Assembly (NCBI GenBank): GCA_039586555.1
Contig: JBDHKE010000013.1
Coordinates: forward strand, 3,781-67,780
Direction of reading: 5' to 3'
DNA length: 64,000 nt
DNA from: Gemmatimonadota bacterium
GTDB taxonomy: Bacteria > Gemmatimonadota > Gemmatimonadetes > Longimicrobiales > Gaopeijiaceae
Below are positions 51,468 to 61,542 of the stretch, piece after piece (position 1 is the stretch's first letter; every line of letters starts with the position of its first letter). The position numbers were made by a program, and so were the translations under genes. A model generated the notes under the pieces. That model searched no databases. It was not told the origin of the DNA and worked only from the letters and a program-made list of their open reading frames with translations.

Positions 51468-54078
51468 GCCCGGGCCCCTCCTTCGGCCAGCGTTCGGACA
51501 ATTTCCTCCCCGTGGGCCAGAGCCGCGTCCAGGCGTTCCGGATCACCGACGCCCGCCTGGGCCATGTGTGCCCGACCTCCCCCTCGGCCGCCTACCAGCG
51601 CAGCGACCTCACGCACCACCGTGTCCGCCCGAATGCCCCGCTGAACCAGGTCGTTCGTGACGAACGCGAAAAGCGTGTGTTTGCCCCCCGGCAGCTCGGC
51701 CCCCACCACTGCCACCCCACTGGGCACCGAGGCGAGGAATCCGTCACCATAGGTCCGCACGTCCTCGGCATCTCGAGCTCGCATTCGCACCGCCCGGTAC
51801 TGGGCTCGCCGGCCGCCGCCCACTTCCACGGAGGCTTCCATTACGATGCTCTCGCCGCCTCCGGTTCCTCTGCGTAGCTCCCCGAGAATCGACTCCAACT
51901 CTTCCTGATGGGAGAGAAGCTGCTCGACCCGTCTCCGCACGTTCTCCACCGGTGTCTTGAGGATCCCCGCCAGCTCCGCCAGCTGGTGTTCCAGCGCCTC
52001 GAACCGGCGGAACGCGGTGGGACCGGTCAACCCCTCGATTCGGCGCACACCAGACGCGACGCTTCCTTCGTGGGCAATCTTGAAGAGGCCGATCTCTCCC
52101 GTGTGACGGACGTGAGTTCCCCCGCATAGCTCCGCACTCACACCAGGGATCTGAACCACCCGCACCACATCCCCGTACTTCTCTCCGAAAAGCGCCATAG
52201 CGCCCATGGAAACGGCTTCATCATAGGGGAGGTAGTCGTAATGCACCGGATGGTCCCGCCAGATCGCCTCATTCACCAGTTTCTCCAACTGACGCCGCTC
52301 GTCCGTCGTGACCGAAGCCGAATGAGCAAAGTCGAACCGCAGCCGATCCGGAGCTACCAGGGATCCCCTTTGCTCCACGTGACTGCCAAGAACCGACCTC
52401 AGGGCCGCATGCAGGAGGTGCGTTGCCGTGTGGTTACGCTCCGTGTCGTGCCGGTCACCATCGCGCACACGTGCGTGCACCTCCAGTGGTCCCCCGTCCG
52501 TGACGGCAGGGAGCTGTCCCGTCACCGCACCCAAGATCGCGACCCGGTCCCCGATTCCTCGTACCTCGTTTACCTGGAGTGACCAACCGTCACCGACGAC
52601 TTCCCCCTGATCCGATACCTGTCCTCCACTCTCCAGATAGAAGGGGTTCGCTTCCAGCTGCAGAGCTACCTGGCCATTCCGCTCACGAATCGCCAGCACC
52701 TGCGTCTCCACGTCTGTAGTCGTGTAGCCGACGAACTCCTGATCTCCCTCGGGACTGAGCTCCACCCAGCCTTCGGCAAGCTCTTCACCGGTCGCGGCCA
52801 GGGCAGCGGCCCGGTCGGCGCGACTCCTCGCCCGCTGGCTTTCAAGCTCCGCCTCGAACCCCTCTACGTCCACCGAGTAGCCCCGCTCCTCGGCCATGAG
52901 CTGGGTCAGGTCAAGAGGGAAGCCAAAGGTGTCGTAGAGCCGGAACGCTTCCCTTCCGGAAATCACACGCTCCGTTTCGTCCCCTGCCCGGGTGGTGATC
53001 TCCTCGAATCGGCCAAGACCGCCCTCGACGGTTCCGAGGAAGCGCTCCTCCTCATTCCGGGTTGTTCGGAGAATATGATCCGACCGCTCCGCGAGCTCGG
53101 GATAGACATCCTCCATGGCCCCGATCACCTCCTCCACCACAGTGACCAGCGTCGGGGCGCGGCGTCCTAGAAGCCAGGCGTGGCGGACGGCCCGGCGGAG
53201 AATGCGACGCAGGACATAGCCACGCCCTTCATTGGAGGGATACACACCATCCGCGAGCAGGAACGCCACGGCGCGAGCATGATCGGCCAGGACCCGGAAG
53301 CTCACCCCCAGAGGCCCGTCGGACTCGTACGAGCGCCCCACTACCTCACCCACACGATGGCCGTCATCCGTTCGAGTCCGAGCCCCGTATCGATGGACGG
53401 CGCGGGAAGCGGGTTAAGCGTCCCGTCCTCGTCTCGGTCGAACTGCATGAAGACCAGATTCCAGAGCTCGATGAACTCCCCCCGGTCGCCGGCCTCCACA
53501 AACGCCTCGAGGGGAAGATCCTGGCCCCTCTCCGTCTTCGGCCGAGCGTCGAAGTGCACCTCCGAGCATGGACCACACGGTCCTGTCTCCGCCATCTGCC
53601 AGAAGTTGTCCTTGTCGCCAAGGCGATAGATGCGGTTGGCCGAGGCACCCGTGACCTCCTCCCAGATTCGGGCTGCCTCGTCGTCGGTGTGATGCACTGT
53701 GAAGTAGAGTCGGTCCGGATCCAACCCCATTTCCCGGGTCAGAAACTCCCAAGCGTACTCGATCGCCGCCTGCTTGAAGTAGTCCCCGAAAGAGAAGTTT
53801 CCCAGCATCTCGAAGAAGGTGTGGTGTCTGGCCGTGCGTCCCACCTCCTCCAGGTCGTTGTGCTTCCCGCCAGCACGAACGCATTTCTGGGCTGTCACCG
53901 CCCTGTCGAACGCGACCTCCTCCTGGCCCAGAAAGACCGATTTGAACTGGACCATCCCTGCGTTCGTGAACAGAAGGGTGGGATCGTCGCCCGGCACGAG
54001 CGGCGAGCTCGGCCGAACGGCGTGGCCCCGTTCACGAAAGTACTCGAGGAACCGCCGCCGGATCTCCGCTGCCTTCAT
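51464..54078 (-). pseudogene. alaS: Alanine--tRNA ligase, apparently disrupted by a frameshift/internal deletion near 53345-53355
   Basis: The N-terminal part is in one frame (53341..54078: [14 protein letters not shown]...[10 protein letters not shown]...[16 protein letters not shown]-stop). The remainder is in another frame (51464..53353: ...SFRVLADH...GYVLRRILRRAVRH...HSATHLLHAAL...GGTHV...). About 15-20 residues conserved in E. coli and Thermus AlaS between GLER(I/M)AAV and RV(I/L)ADH are missing at the junction. Confidence 0.6.
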
Positions 54079-54287
54079 CGGTCTATTCGTCCCGATCCAG
54101 ACTCTCAGAGCGCTGGAAATGCTGTCGTAGCCTGCAAGTATAACATGATCGCGTCGGTACCGCCGGAGGGCCGCACGGTTCCAGAAATGATCGTTCTGGC
54201 CAACGAAAACGGGGCTCGGCCGCGCCGAACCCCGCCCTCCCTCGGACCCACCCGCGGTTTGGCCCCCCAACCTCGGGGAGATTTCTT

Positions 54288-55343
54288 CTAATCGCTTACC
54301 AACGGCCGCGCTTCTACCATGGGCTCGGGATCTGTTGCCCCGATTCCCAGCGCCTGCCGAACTCGTGCTTCGATCTCTTCCGTGATGTCCGAATTCTCCA
54401 TGAGAAACTGGCGGGCGTTCTCCTTGCCCTGCCCCATCCGAAGATCACCGTAGGAGAACCAGGATCCGGATTTCTGGATGATCCCCTGGTCCACGCCGAG
54501 GTCGATGAGCAGGCTGGGGTGGCTGATCCCCTCGTTATACATGATGTCGAACTCCGCCTGCCTGAAGGGGGGTGCACATTTGTTCTTCACGACCTTCACG
54601 CGCGTCCTGTTCCCGACCAGCTCCTGGCCGTCCTTGATCGCGCCGATGCGCCGGATGTCCAGACGCACCGACGCGTAGAACTTCAGTGCGCGACCGCCGG
54701 AAGTGGTCTCGGGATTCCCGAACATCACCCCGACCTTCTCGCGAATCTGATTGGTGAAGATGACCGCGGTATTCGACCGGCTCACAGCTCCAGTCAGCTT
54801 TCTCAGCGCCTGGCTCATCAGACGGGCTTGCAGCCCGACGTGGGCGTCACCCATCTCGCCTTCGATCTCAGCCCTGGGCACGAGAGCCGCCACCGAGTCC
54901 ACCACCACCACGTCTACAGCGTTGCTACGGATCAGGACTTCGGCGATCTCCAGAGCCTGTTCTCCGTTGTCAGGCTGGGAGACCAACAGATTGTCCACGT
55001 CCACGCCGAGTCTGCGCGCGTACGCGACGTCAAGTGCGTGCTCCGCGTCGATGAACGCAGCGATCCCGCCGTCCTTCTGCGCGCTCGCGATAATGTGAAG
55101 GCAGAGTGTCGTTTTCCCACTCGATTCGGGGCCGTAGACTTCGCTAATCCGCCCCTTCGGCATCCCTCCGATTCCAATGGCGGCATCGAGATTGAGGGCC
55201 CCCGTGGAGATGGACTCGATGGCAAGGCGTGCCCCTTCCGACCCCATGCGCATGATGGCACCCTTCCCGTACGATCGCTCGATCTGGCTGATCGCTGTGC
55301 CGAGGGCCTTCTTCTTCTGGTCACTCAACTCAACCGTCCCCAT
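54288..55343 (-). CDS. recA: Recombinase RecA
   Basis: ...[20 protein letters not shown]..., the L1/L2 loops and a GGAG SD 7 nt before the ATG at 55343 ([14 protein letters not shown]...). Confidence 0.92.
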   Translation of the reverse strand: MGTVELSDQKKKALGTAISQIERSYGKGAIMRMGSEGARLAIESISTGALNLDAAIGIGGMPKGRISEVYGPESSGKTTLCLHIIASAQKDGGIAAFIDAEHALDVAYARRLGVDVDNLLVSQPDNGEQALEIAEVLIRSNAVDVVVVDSVAALVPRAEIEGEMGDAHVGLQARLMSQALRKLTGAVSRSNTAVIFTNQIREKVGVMFGNPETTSGGRALKFYASVRLDIRRIGAIKDGQELVGNRTRVKVVKNKCAPPFRQAEFDIMYNEGISHPSLLIDLGVDQGIIQKSGSWFSYGDLRMGQGKENARQFLMENSDITEEIEARVRQALGIGATDPEPMVEARPLVSD

Positions 55344-55734
55344 CTTTTCTTCTCCACTTGAGCGGGGGTCGTCCGGGAATGCACCCACCACCATGGCCTA
55401 CTGTCAAGGGACTCGCGCTCGCTCGACGGTGCAAAGATACCCAACCCGAAGAGAAAGCGAAAGTAGTGGTTCATGCCTGCACCGAAGATAGGTCAGGGTC
55501 CGGGCTCCCGGAATGCCTGGACAAGACCCCGCCCAGGGGTCCCGAGGAACTCTGCACCGCTCGGAAGCGTTTCAGCGGCCACATCGGCAGATCCTGGATC
55601 CCGTATGCCCGATCCGGCGGTCTGAAGCCTGGAGGCTCGGAACCTGACTGGGCTGAAGCGCCGCCCAGGGGACCTCCGGAGTGTCTCAGTTTCGAGAGGC
55701 CGGACCGGGAACCATCAGACCAATCGAAGATGCA

Positions 55735-57147
55735 ATGAAAGAACTCGAGTATGACTTGGTAGCGATCGGGGGTGGGACCGCGGGTCTAGTCTCGGCGGCG
55801 GGAGCAGCCTACCTCGGCGCTCGAGCAGCGATCATCGAGCGAGAAGCCCTGGGAGGGGACTGCCTGTGGACTGGCTGTGTTCCTTCGAAGGCGCTTATCG
55901 CCTCCGCGCGCACCGCCCACCTCATGGCTCATGCGGACCGTCTCGGGCTCAGGGGCGCCACGCCGAAGCACGCGTTCGGCGAAGTCATGGACCGGATGCG
56001 CCGAGCCCGTGAAACCGTCGCTCACCACGACGACCCGGAGCGCTTCAGGGCTCTGGGGACTGGCGTGCACTTCGGCAGTGCACGGTTTCTCTCCGCGGAT
56101 ACTCTGGAAGTGGAGGGGGTGGGAAAGGTCCGGGCGCCGCGCATCGTCATCGCGACCGGGGCCCACCCCATCGCACCGGCGATCCCGGGACTCGAAGAGG
56201 CGGGCTATCTGACCCACGCCACGGCCTTCGACCAGACACATCTGCCCGGCTCGTTGATCGTTCTAGGAGGTGGTCCCATCGGCCTGGAGCTCGCCCAGGT
56301 CTACTCTCGGCTGGGATGCAGGGTCTCCGTCGTGGAGATGCTTCCCGAGGTCCTCCCCAAAGAGGACCCAGACGTCGCGCGCGCTCTCAGGGAGATCCTG
56401 GAGAGCGAGGGAATCGCCATCAGGAGGGGGGTCCGTGCCATCCGCGTCGAGGTATCCGAGGGTCGCAAGGTCGTGATCGGTGACGACGGGCAGCGGGTGG
56501 AGGGCGAGGAGATCCTCGTGGCGACCGGTCGTCGTCCCACCACGGAAGGTCTGAACCTCGATGCAGCGGGAGTGGAGCGGGAGGGATCGGCCGTTCGGGT
56601 AGATTCCCGGCTCAGGACCACGGGAAAGGGAATCTGGGCCGCCGGGGACGTCACGGGTGGGCTGCAATTCACCCACGTGGCGGATTACATGGCCAGGATC
56701 GTTCTCCAGAATGCCCTGCTTCCCATCAGGCGGAAGGTGGACTACTCCAACGTACCGTGGGTCACCTTCACCGACCCGGAAGTCGCGCATGTCGGCCTCT
56801 CCCAGCAAGACGCGGATGAGAGAGGCGGCAGATCCTACGTGTACGAGCTTTCGGACCTGGACCGGGCGATCGTCGATGGGAGGACTCAGGGCTTCGTGAA
56901 GATCTCCGCCGATCGGAAGGGTCGCATTCTGGGAGCCACGATCCTGGGCAGTCAGGCCGGGGAGATGCTCTTCCCCCTCGTCCTGGCGATGCAGAGCGGG
57001 CTGCGGCTCTCCCAGATCTACAACACGATCTTCCCGTATCCCACGATGATGGAGGGCATCCACCGAACCATCCGGCAATATCAGACGGAGCGGCTGAATG
57101 GCGTCGGAGGAAGGGTGCTCAAGAAGGTGGTTTCATGGATGACGTGA
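55735..57147 (+). CDS. FAD-dependent pyridine nucleotide-disulfide oxidoreductase (class I, LPD/GR/MerA-like)
   Basis: FAD fingerprint DLVAIGGGTAGL, redox-active CxxxxC (GGDCLWTGCVPSK), NAD(P) fingerprint LIVLGGGPIGLE and a dimerisation domain. The C-terminal catalytic-base motif reads YPTMME rather than HPT(L/A)SE. Confidence 0.8.
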   Translation: MKELEYDLVAIGGGTAGLVSAAGAAYLGARAAIIEREALGGDCLWTGCVPSKALIASARTAHLMAHADRLGLRGATPKHAFGEVMDRMRRARETVAHHDDPERFRALGTGVHFGSARFLSADTLEVEGVGKVRAPRIVIATGAHPIAPAIPGLEEAGYLTHATAFDQTHLPGSLIVLGGGPIGLELAQVYSRLGCRVSVVEMLPEVLPKEDPDVARALREILESEGIAIRRGVRAIRVEVSEGRKVVIGDDGQRVEGEEILVATGRRPTTEGLNLDAAGVEREGSAVRVDSRLRTTGKGIWAAGDVTGGLQFTHVADYMARIVLQNALLPIRRKVDYSNVPWVTFTDPEVAHVGLSQQDADERGGRSYVYELSDLDRAIVDGRTQGFVKISADRKGRILGATILGSQAGEMLFPLVLAMQSGLRLSQIYNTIFPYPTMMEGIHRTIRQYQTERLNGVGGRVLKKVVSWMT

Positions 57148-58607
57148 GAGGGGCACGTCCCTTCCTGAAGCTGGCCCTGCTCGCAGCCCTTCTCGCCGGG
57201 GGGTTCGTCATGGCCCGCTTCACGGCCGCTGGGGCCTTCCTGACGCCGGATGGAATCGGCCGGGGCATCGAGTTGCTGCGTGGCTCTCCGTGGGCCCCTG
57301 TCGCGTTCGTCACCATCTACGCCGGAGCGACTGCGCTGGCGGTCCCAGGAACCATCCTTACCCTCGCGGGTGGTGCGCTCTTCGGCCTGTTCTGGGGAAC
57401 GATCCTCAACAGCATCGCGGCGAACATCGGGGCGAACATCGCGTACCTACTGGCTCGCGCCCTGGGTCGGGAAAGCCTGGAGCGACTCTTGGGAAACCGG
57501 CTGGCTAGGTTGGACGAGGCCACGCGCAGTCACGGATTCCGTGGTCTCTTCATGCTTCGCCTGGTCCCGCTGGTACCATTCAATGCCTTGAACTTCGGTT
57601 CCGGCCTCACCGCCATTCCCTGGCCCTCCTACGCTCTCGCTACCGTCATCGGAATCCTGCCTGGCACAATCGTGTATACGTTCTTCGCGGACGCCCTTCT
57701 GCAGGGCTCCCAGGAGGCGTCCCGAGAAGCGCTGACCCGGGTTCTCCTGGCGGGCGCGCTCCTGATCATGCTCAGCGTGCTGCCAATCGTGATCAAGAAG
57801 ATGAAGCTCGCACTCCGTGTGTCGGTGATTCTCCTTGCGGCCACCGGCCCCTCGGTGGCATCCGCACAGGGGATTCCGGACCACGCTGCCTTCAGCGCCC
57901 TCCTCTCATCCGTGGTGCAGCCTCCTCGCGTCCACTACGACCAGCTGAGACGCGAGCGCAGCGCTCTGGATGCCTACATCGACCAACTCTCCGGCACCGA
58001 CCCCCGGGAGCTGGAAGCAGCGTCTCACACGGTTCGGCTGGCGTTCTGGATCAACGCCTACAACGCCTGCATGCTTAAGCGAGTCGTAGATCACTATCCC
58101 ATCGAGCCCAACGCTTCGCTCCTCGGCTCGCTGAGGAACACCCTGGCAGGACGCCCCAGGAACTCCGTGTGGCAAATCGAGGAGGTCTTCACCGATCCGC
58201 ACTGCCCTGTGGCCGGGTCACTCCGATCACAGGACGAGATCGAGCACGAGATCATTCGTCCCATGGGGGATCCGCGCATTCATTTCGTCGTGAACTGCGC
58301 GGCCCGAAGCTGTCCTCCCCTCGCGCCCACGGCCTTCGCGGCGGAGCGTCTCGACGAGATGCTGGATGGGGCAGTCCGGTCATTCGTCAGCGACCCCGCG
58401 CACTTCCTGATCGAGCAGGGCTCGGAGCCGGCGATCCGGGTAAACAGGATCCTGGATTGGTACGGGGAGGACTTCGGGGGAGAGGATGGGATCCGCGAGT
58501 TCCTGGCCAGATACCTCTCGGGCGAGCCGCGCTCGCTCGCGCTTCGCGCAGACACCCGGGTGCACTTCTTCGATTACGACTGGACCCTGAACGACATACA
58601 ACATTGA
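57135..58607 (+). CDS. DedA/TVP38-TMEM64 family membrane protein fused to a C-terminal DUF547 domain
   Basis: The N-terminal ~230 aa are a TVP38/DedA polytopic region (...LAGGALFGLFWGTILNSIAANIGANIAYLLAR...). The C-terminal ~220 aa carry DUF547 motifs (FWINAYNACMLK..., HFVVNCAARSCPPL). GGTGG SD; overlaps the upstream stop by 13 nt. Confidence 0.68.
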   Translation: MDDVRGARPFLKLALLAALLAGGFVMARFTAAGAFLTPDGIGRGIELLRGSPWAPVAFVTIYAGATALAVPGTILTLAGGALFGLFWGTILNSIAANIGANIAYLLARALGRESLERLLGNRLARLDEATRSHGFRGLFMLRLVPLVPFNALNFGSGLTAIPWPSYALATVIGILPGTIVYTFFADALLQGSQEASREALTRVLLAGALLIMLSVLPIVIKKMKLALRVSVILLAATGPSVASAQGIPDHAAFSALLSSVVQPPRVHYDQLRRERSALDAYIDQLSGTDPRELEAASHTVRLAFWINAYNACMLKRVVDHYPIEPNASLLGSLRNTLAGRPRNSVWQIEEVFTDPHCPVAGSLRSQDEIEHEIIRPMGDPRIHFVVNCAARSCPPLAPTAFAAERLDEMLDGAVRSFVSDPAHFLIEQGSEPAIRVNRILDWYGEDFGGEDGIREFLARYLSGEPRSLALRADTRVHFFDYDWTLNDIQH

Positions 58608-59932
58608 CGGCGACAGGCCCCCGGCTAGGCATCGTCATCCCCACTCTCGACGAGCAGCAGCGTCTCCCTGGGCTCCTCGACGATCTCTCCGCGCTCACCA
58701 TATCGCACCGCGTGATCGTATCCGATGGGGGCTCAGTGGACCGTACTGTGGAGGTTGCCCTCCGGTCAGGGGCCGAGGTGGTGCGAACCGAACGGGGCCG
58801 AGCACGGCAGATGAACGCGGGGGCGCGCATGCTGCCCGCCGTAGCGTGGCTCCTCTTCCTCCATGCGGACACTCGAGTCTCGCCGGCCGCAGTTCGCTGC
58901 ATCGAGGAGTGGGTCGGTCGCGACGCGCCCGAGGCCGCGGGGTTTTTCCGGTTTGCACTCGACGGGTCTGGCTGGTTCTGGCGCTTCATCGAGTTCGGTC
59001 AGCGCCTTCGGGAACGGTTCTCGGGGCTCGCCTACGGCGATCAGGGGCTGCTGGTCACCAACGATGCCTTCTGGGCAGTCGGTGGATACCCGGATCAGCC
59101 CCTAATGGAGGATGTAGAGATGATCCGGCGACTCCGAGGCAGCTGCGGTGTGGAGCCCCTGCCGGCAGCGATTCTCACAAGTCCCCGGCGCTACGAAGAG
59201 TATGGCCGATGGAGGGGCTGGCTCAGGAACGCCGCGCTCATCGCGCTCTATCTGGTGGGCTGGCCAACGGAGCGGCTGGCCCGCTGGTACGACCCCGGCG
59301 GAAGCCGGACCGGGGATGACGACCCCGATTCCGAGTCGCGCCGGGTCCTTATCATCTTCGCCAAGGCACCCTTGCGGGGGCACGTCAAGACCCGGCTCGC
59401 CGCCGAGGTGGGTGAAGAGGAGGCCGTCCGGGTCTATCGCACGCTGGGCAGGAGGGTTGTCCACCAGGTCCGGGGGGGCGCCTATGACACCGTGGTCTAC
59501 TACGATCCCCCCGGCTCTCTGGAGGAAGTCCGGAACTGGCTGGGGGAGGAGGGCATGGAGTTCCGCCCCCAGGCCACGGGAGACCTGGGAGCGAGGATGG
59601 AGGCAGCGTTCGAGGAGGTGCTGGAATACGCCCAGGCGGCTTGCGTGATCGGGACGGATGCCCCGGAGGTGGACCGCCGATCGGTGGAAGAGGCCTTCCA
59701 CGCGCTCGCGGCTCGAGACGTGGTCTTCGGACCCACGGAAGATGGGGGATATTACCTTCTAGGGATGACTCGGGCTCGGCCCGAGCTGTTCCGGCGCATT
59801 CCCTGGAGTACGCCGCGAGTCCTGCCGGTCAGCCGGGAGCGAGTCCTGGCTCTCGGGCTAAGACCCGCTCTCCTGAAACCGCTGATCGACGTGGACCGCA
59901 TGGAGGATCTTGAGAGACTTCGCCTGCGGTGA
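58604..59932 (+). CDS. Fused glycosyltransferase family 2 (TIGR04283-like) + DUF2064 (TIGR04282-like) protein
   Basis: The N-terminal half is GT-A-like (GIVIPTLDEQQRLPGLLDDL...VIVSDGGSVDRT...). The C-terminal half matches the DUF2064 nucleotidyltransferase-like pattern (RVLIIFAKAPLRGHVKTRL...VIGTDAPEV...FGPTEDGGYYLLGM). The only usable start is a TTG forming a TTGA overlap with the upstream stop. Confidence 0.62.
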   Translation: MTATGPRLGIVIPTLDEQQRLPGLLDDLSALTISHRVIVSDGGSVDRTVEVALRSGAEVVRTERGRARQMNAGARMLPAVAWLLFLHADTRVSPAAVRCIEEWVGRDAPEAAGFFRFALDGSGWFWRFIEFGQRLRERFSGLAYGDQGLLVTNDAFWAVGGYPDQPLMEDVEMIRRLRGSCGVEPLPAAILTSPRRYEEYGRWRGWLRNAALIALYLVGWPTERLARWYDPGGSRTGDDDPDSESRRVLIIFAKAPLRGHVKTRLAAEVGEEEAVRVYRTLGRRVVHQVRGGAYDTVVYYDPPGSLEEVRNWLGEEGMEFRPQATGDLGARMEAAFEEVLEYAQAACVIGTDAPEVDRRSVEEAFHALAARDVVFGPTEDGGYYLLGMTRARPELFRRIPWSTPRVLPVSRERVLALGLRPALLKPLIDVDRMEDLERLRLR

Positions 59933-59970
59933 AGAGGATCTCGAGGGTCCCGCAAGACACAGGAAAGAAA

Positions 59971-59997
59971 CCCCGCCCCGGATTCCCGGGACGGGGC
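59971..59997. terminator. GC-rich hairpin between convergent genes (candidate bidirectional terminator)
   Basis: CCCCGCCCCGG-attc-CCGGGACGGGG (one mismatch) centred between the 59932 and 60024 gene ends. Confidence 0.35.
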
Positions 59998-60023
59998 TCT
60001 CAGTACTGCCGTGAGGACGCGCT

Positions 60024-61469
60024 CTAGCCTCGCGTTCTCCTCAGGCCGGTCTCGTATGCCTGCCAGACTCCTGGCCCGACCGGCACGTACAGCATGGAGT
60101 AGGGCTGCTCGGCGCTGCGATCCGCGAAGAGCGGAATGCCCATGTGCTCGCCCACCCTCATGATGTTGTCGCAGTCGAGGCTGATCTCGCCACCGGACTT
60201 CGAGTACGTGGCACGCTCGAACTGGATATCCTCATCGGACTCGAACCACTCCTCCCCGGCAGCGTAGGCACCCGCAAAGCCCACACTGGGACCCAGATCA
60301 CGGACCGAGACCCGGTTGGGGCCTACGAGGGTGTCGCCCTGGGCAGTGATCATGATCTCCTGATTCTGACCCGTGGCCAGGCAGATGGTCGACGTCGTGC
60401 CCGTGGGCATCGGCGGAGCCACTTCCCGCTCCACGACGACGGTATCCGGAGGAGGCGGTGGCAGCTGCACGGTGTCGGGGGCTGGCCGATCCATGAGCGA
60501 CGGCTTGCAGAGGCCGCCCGTCTGCGGGCAGAGGGCGACGGACACCAGGCCACCGAGCTTCCAGCTGCGGTATTCGGTCACCCGCTCCAGGTAGTTCGCG
60601 CCCAGGACGAAGGCCCCAACGCGGATGCCTCCAAAGTCGAGACTGGCGCCGGCGTTCACGTCAAAGCTGTTGTAGTCGGCCAGCACGTTGAGGAGGACCG
60701 TCTCGCTCAGCATGAAGTGAAGCGCGCCACCCACGATCCAGCCGTTGCCCTGAGAGGTGCGGTACCAGTCCAGCTCCTGGTCTCCGCCATCTTCGGTCAT
60801 GCCGAAGCTCCAACCCCCGGTCAGAGACACGTCGTAGTCCGGCAGGAAGCCGAAGTCGGGACCCATCAGGTGGACCCCACCCACCACATACGGCGTGAAG
60901 GTGGTGTTCACGTCGTCGGCGTACTCCGGAGTGTAGTTCTCTTTGAACCGCTCGTCCGGGAAGCCAAGACGCGGAGGCTGGAAGGACTCCGTCGAGGGAT
61001 CGAAGCTGGGCTCACCCACGAACCGGGCACCCACCGCCAGGCCGATTCCCTCGGTCTCAGGGCGGAGGATGGCGAGGCGTCCGAAGCCGCCTACCATGGT
61101 GCCGCCCTTCTCGGCGTCACCGAAGTGCTGCAGTGTGGCACCCAGCTCCACCCGGTCGAAGAGCCCGATGGCCACGGAGCCGTCCGAGTAGAACTGCGAC
61201 TTGTCCGTGGCAGCATCGAAGCCGACGAGCCGGCCGGACTGATCGACGATCGGAACCTCTTCCAGACTGACGAAGAAGCCCGAGTACGTCCCCGTGATCG
61301 CCAAGTGGGGCAACACGGTGGCTGAGGGCACGTCGAAGTATCCAGAGCCGTACCGGAGCGTGCTCGGCATCTTCGTATTCTGTGCGGCGAGCTGCGAAAC
61401 CCCGACCAGGCCGATGACGGCCATGACAAGGCTCGCGAGCAAACCGCTTCCAACCCGAGCTCTCTTCAT
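60024..61469 (-). CDS. Hypothetical exported protein (481 aa), possibly beta-rich OMP-like N-domain + C-terminal domain
   Basis: Signal peptide MKRARVGSGLLASLVMAVIGLVGVSQLAAQ. No recognisable family. Confidence 0.45.
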   Translation of the reverse strand: MKRARVGSGLLASLVMAVIGLVGVSQLAAQNTKMPSTLRYGSGYFDVPSATVLPHLAITGTYSGFFVSLEEVPIVDQSGRLVGFDAATDKSQFYSDGSVAIGLFDRVELGATLQHFGDAEKGGTMVGGFGRLAILRPETEGIGLAVGARFVGEPSFDPSTESFQPPRLGFPDERFKENYTPEYADDVNTTFTPYVVGGVHLMGPDFGFLPDYDVSLTGGWSFGMTEDGGDQELDWYRTSQGNGWIVGGALHFMLSETVLLNVLADYNSFDVNAGASLDFGGIRVGAFVLGANYLERVTEYRSWKLGGLVSVALCPQTGGLCKPSLMDRPAPDTVQLPPPPPDTVVVEREVAPPMPTGTTSTICLATGQNQEIMITAQGDTLVGPNRVSVRDLGPSVGFAGAYAAGEEWFESDEDIQFERATYSKSGGEISLDCDNIMRVGEHMGIPLFADRSAEQPYSMLYVPVGPGVWQAYETGLRRTRG

Positions 61470-61520
61470 AGCAAGGACCCTCCGTCCTTTTGTGGGAACA
61501 GGAATTCGAGAACCCGTCTC

Positions 61521-61542
61521 GTAATTCTCAGGTAATTCTCAG
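61521..61542. repeat. Tandem 11-mer gtaattctcag x2 in AT-rich upstream region
   Basis: Exact tandem duplication 52 nt upstream of the 61469 start codon, in a locally AT-rich intergenic region. Confidence 0.4.

Noticed and set aside
55395-55680. LexA/SOS box upstream of recA
   Set aside because: No GAAC-N4-GTTC, CTGT-N8-ACAG or GTTC-N7-GTTC type palindrome found. Only a possible TTGACA -35 element, which is not diagnostic.
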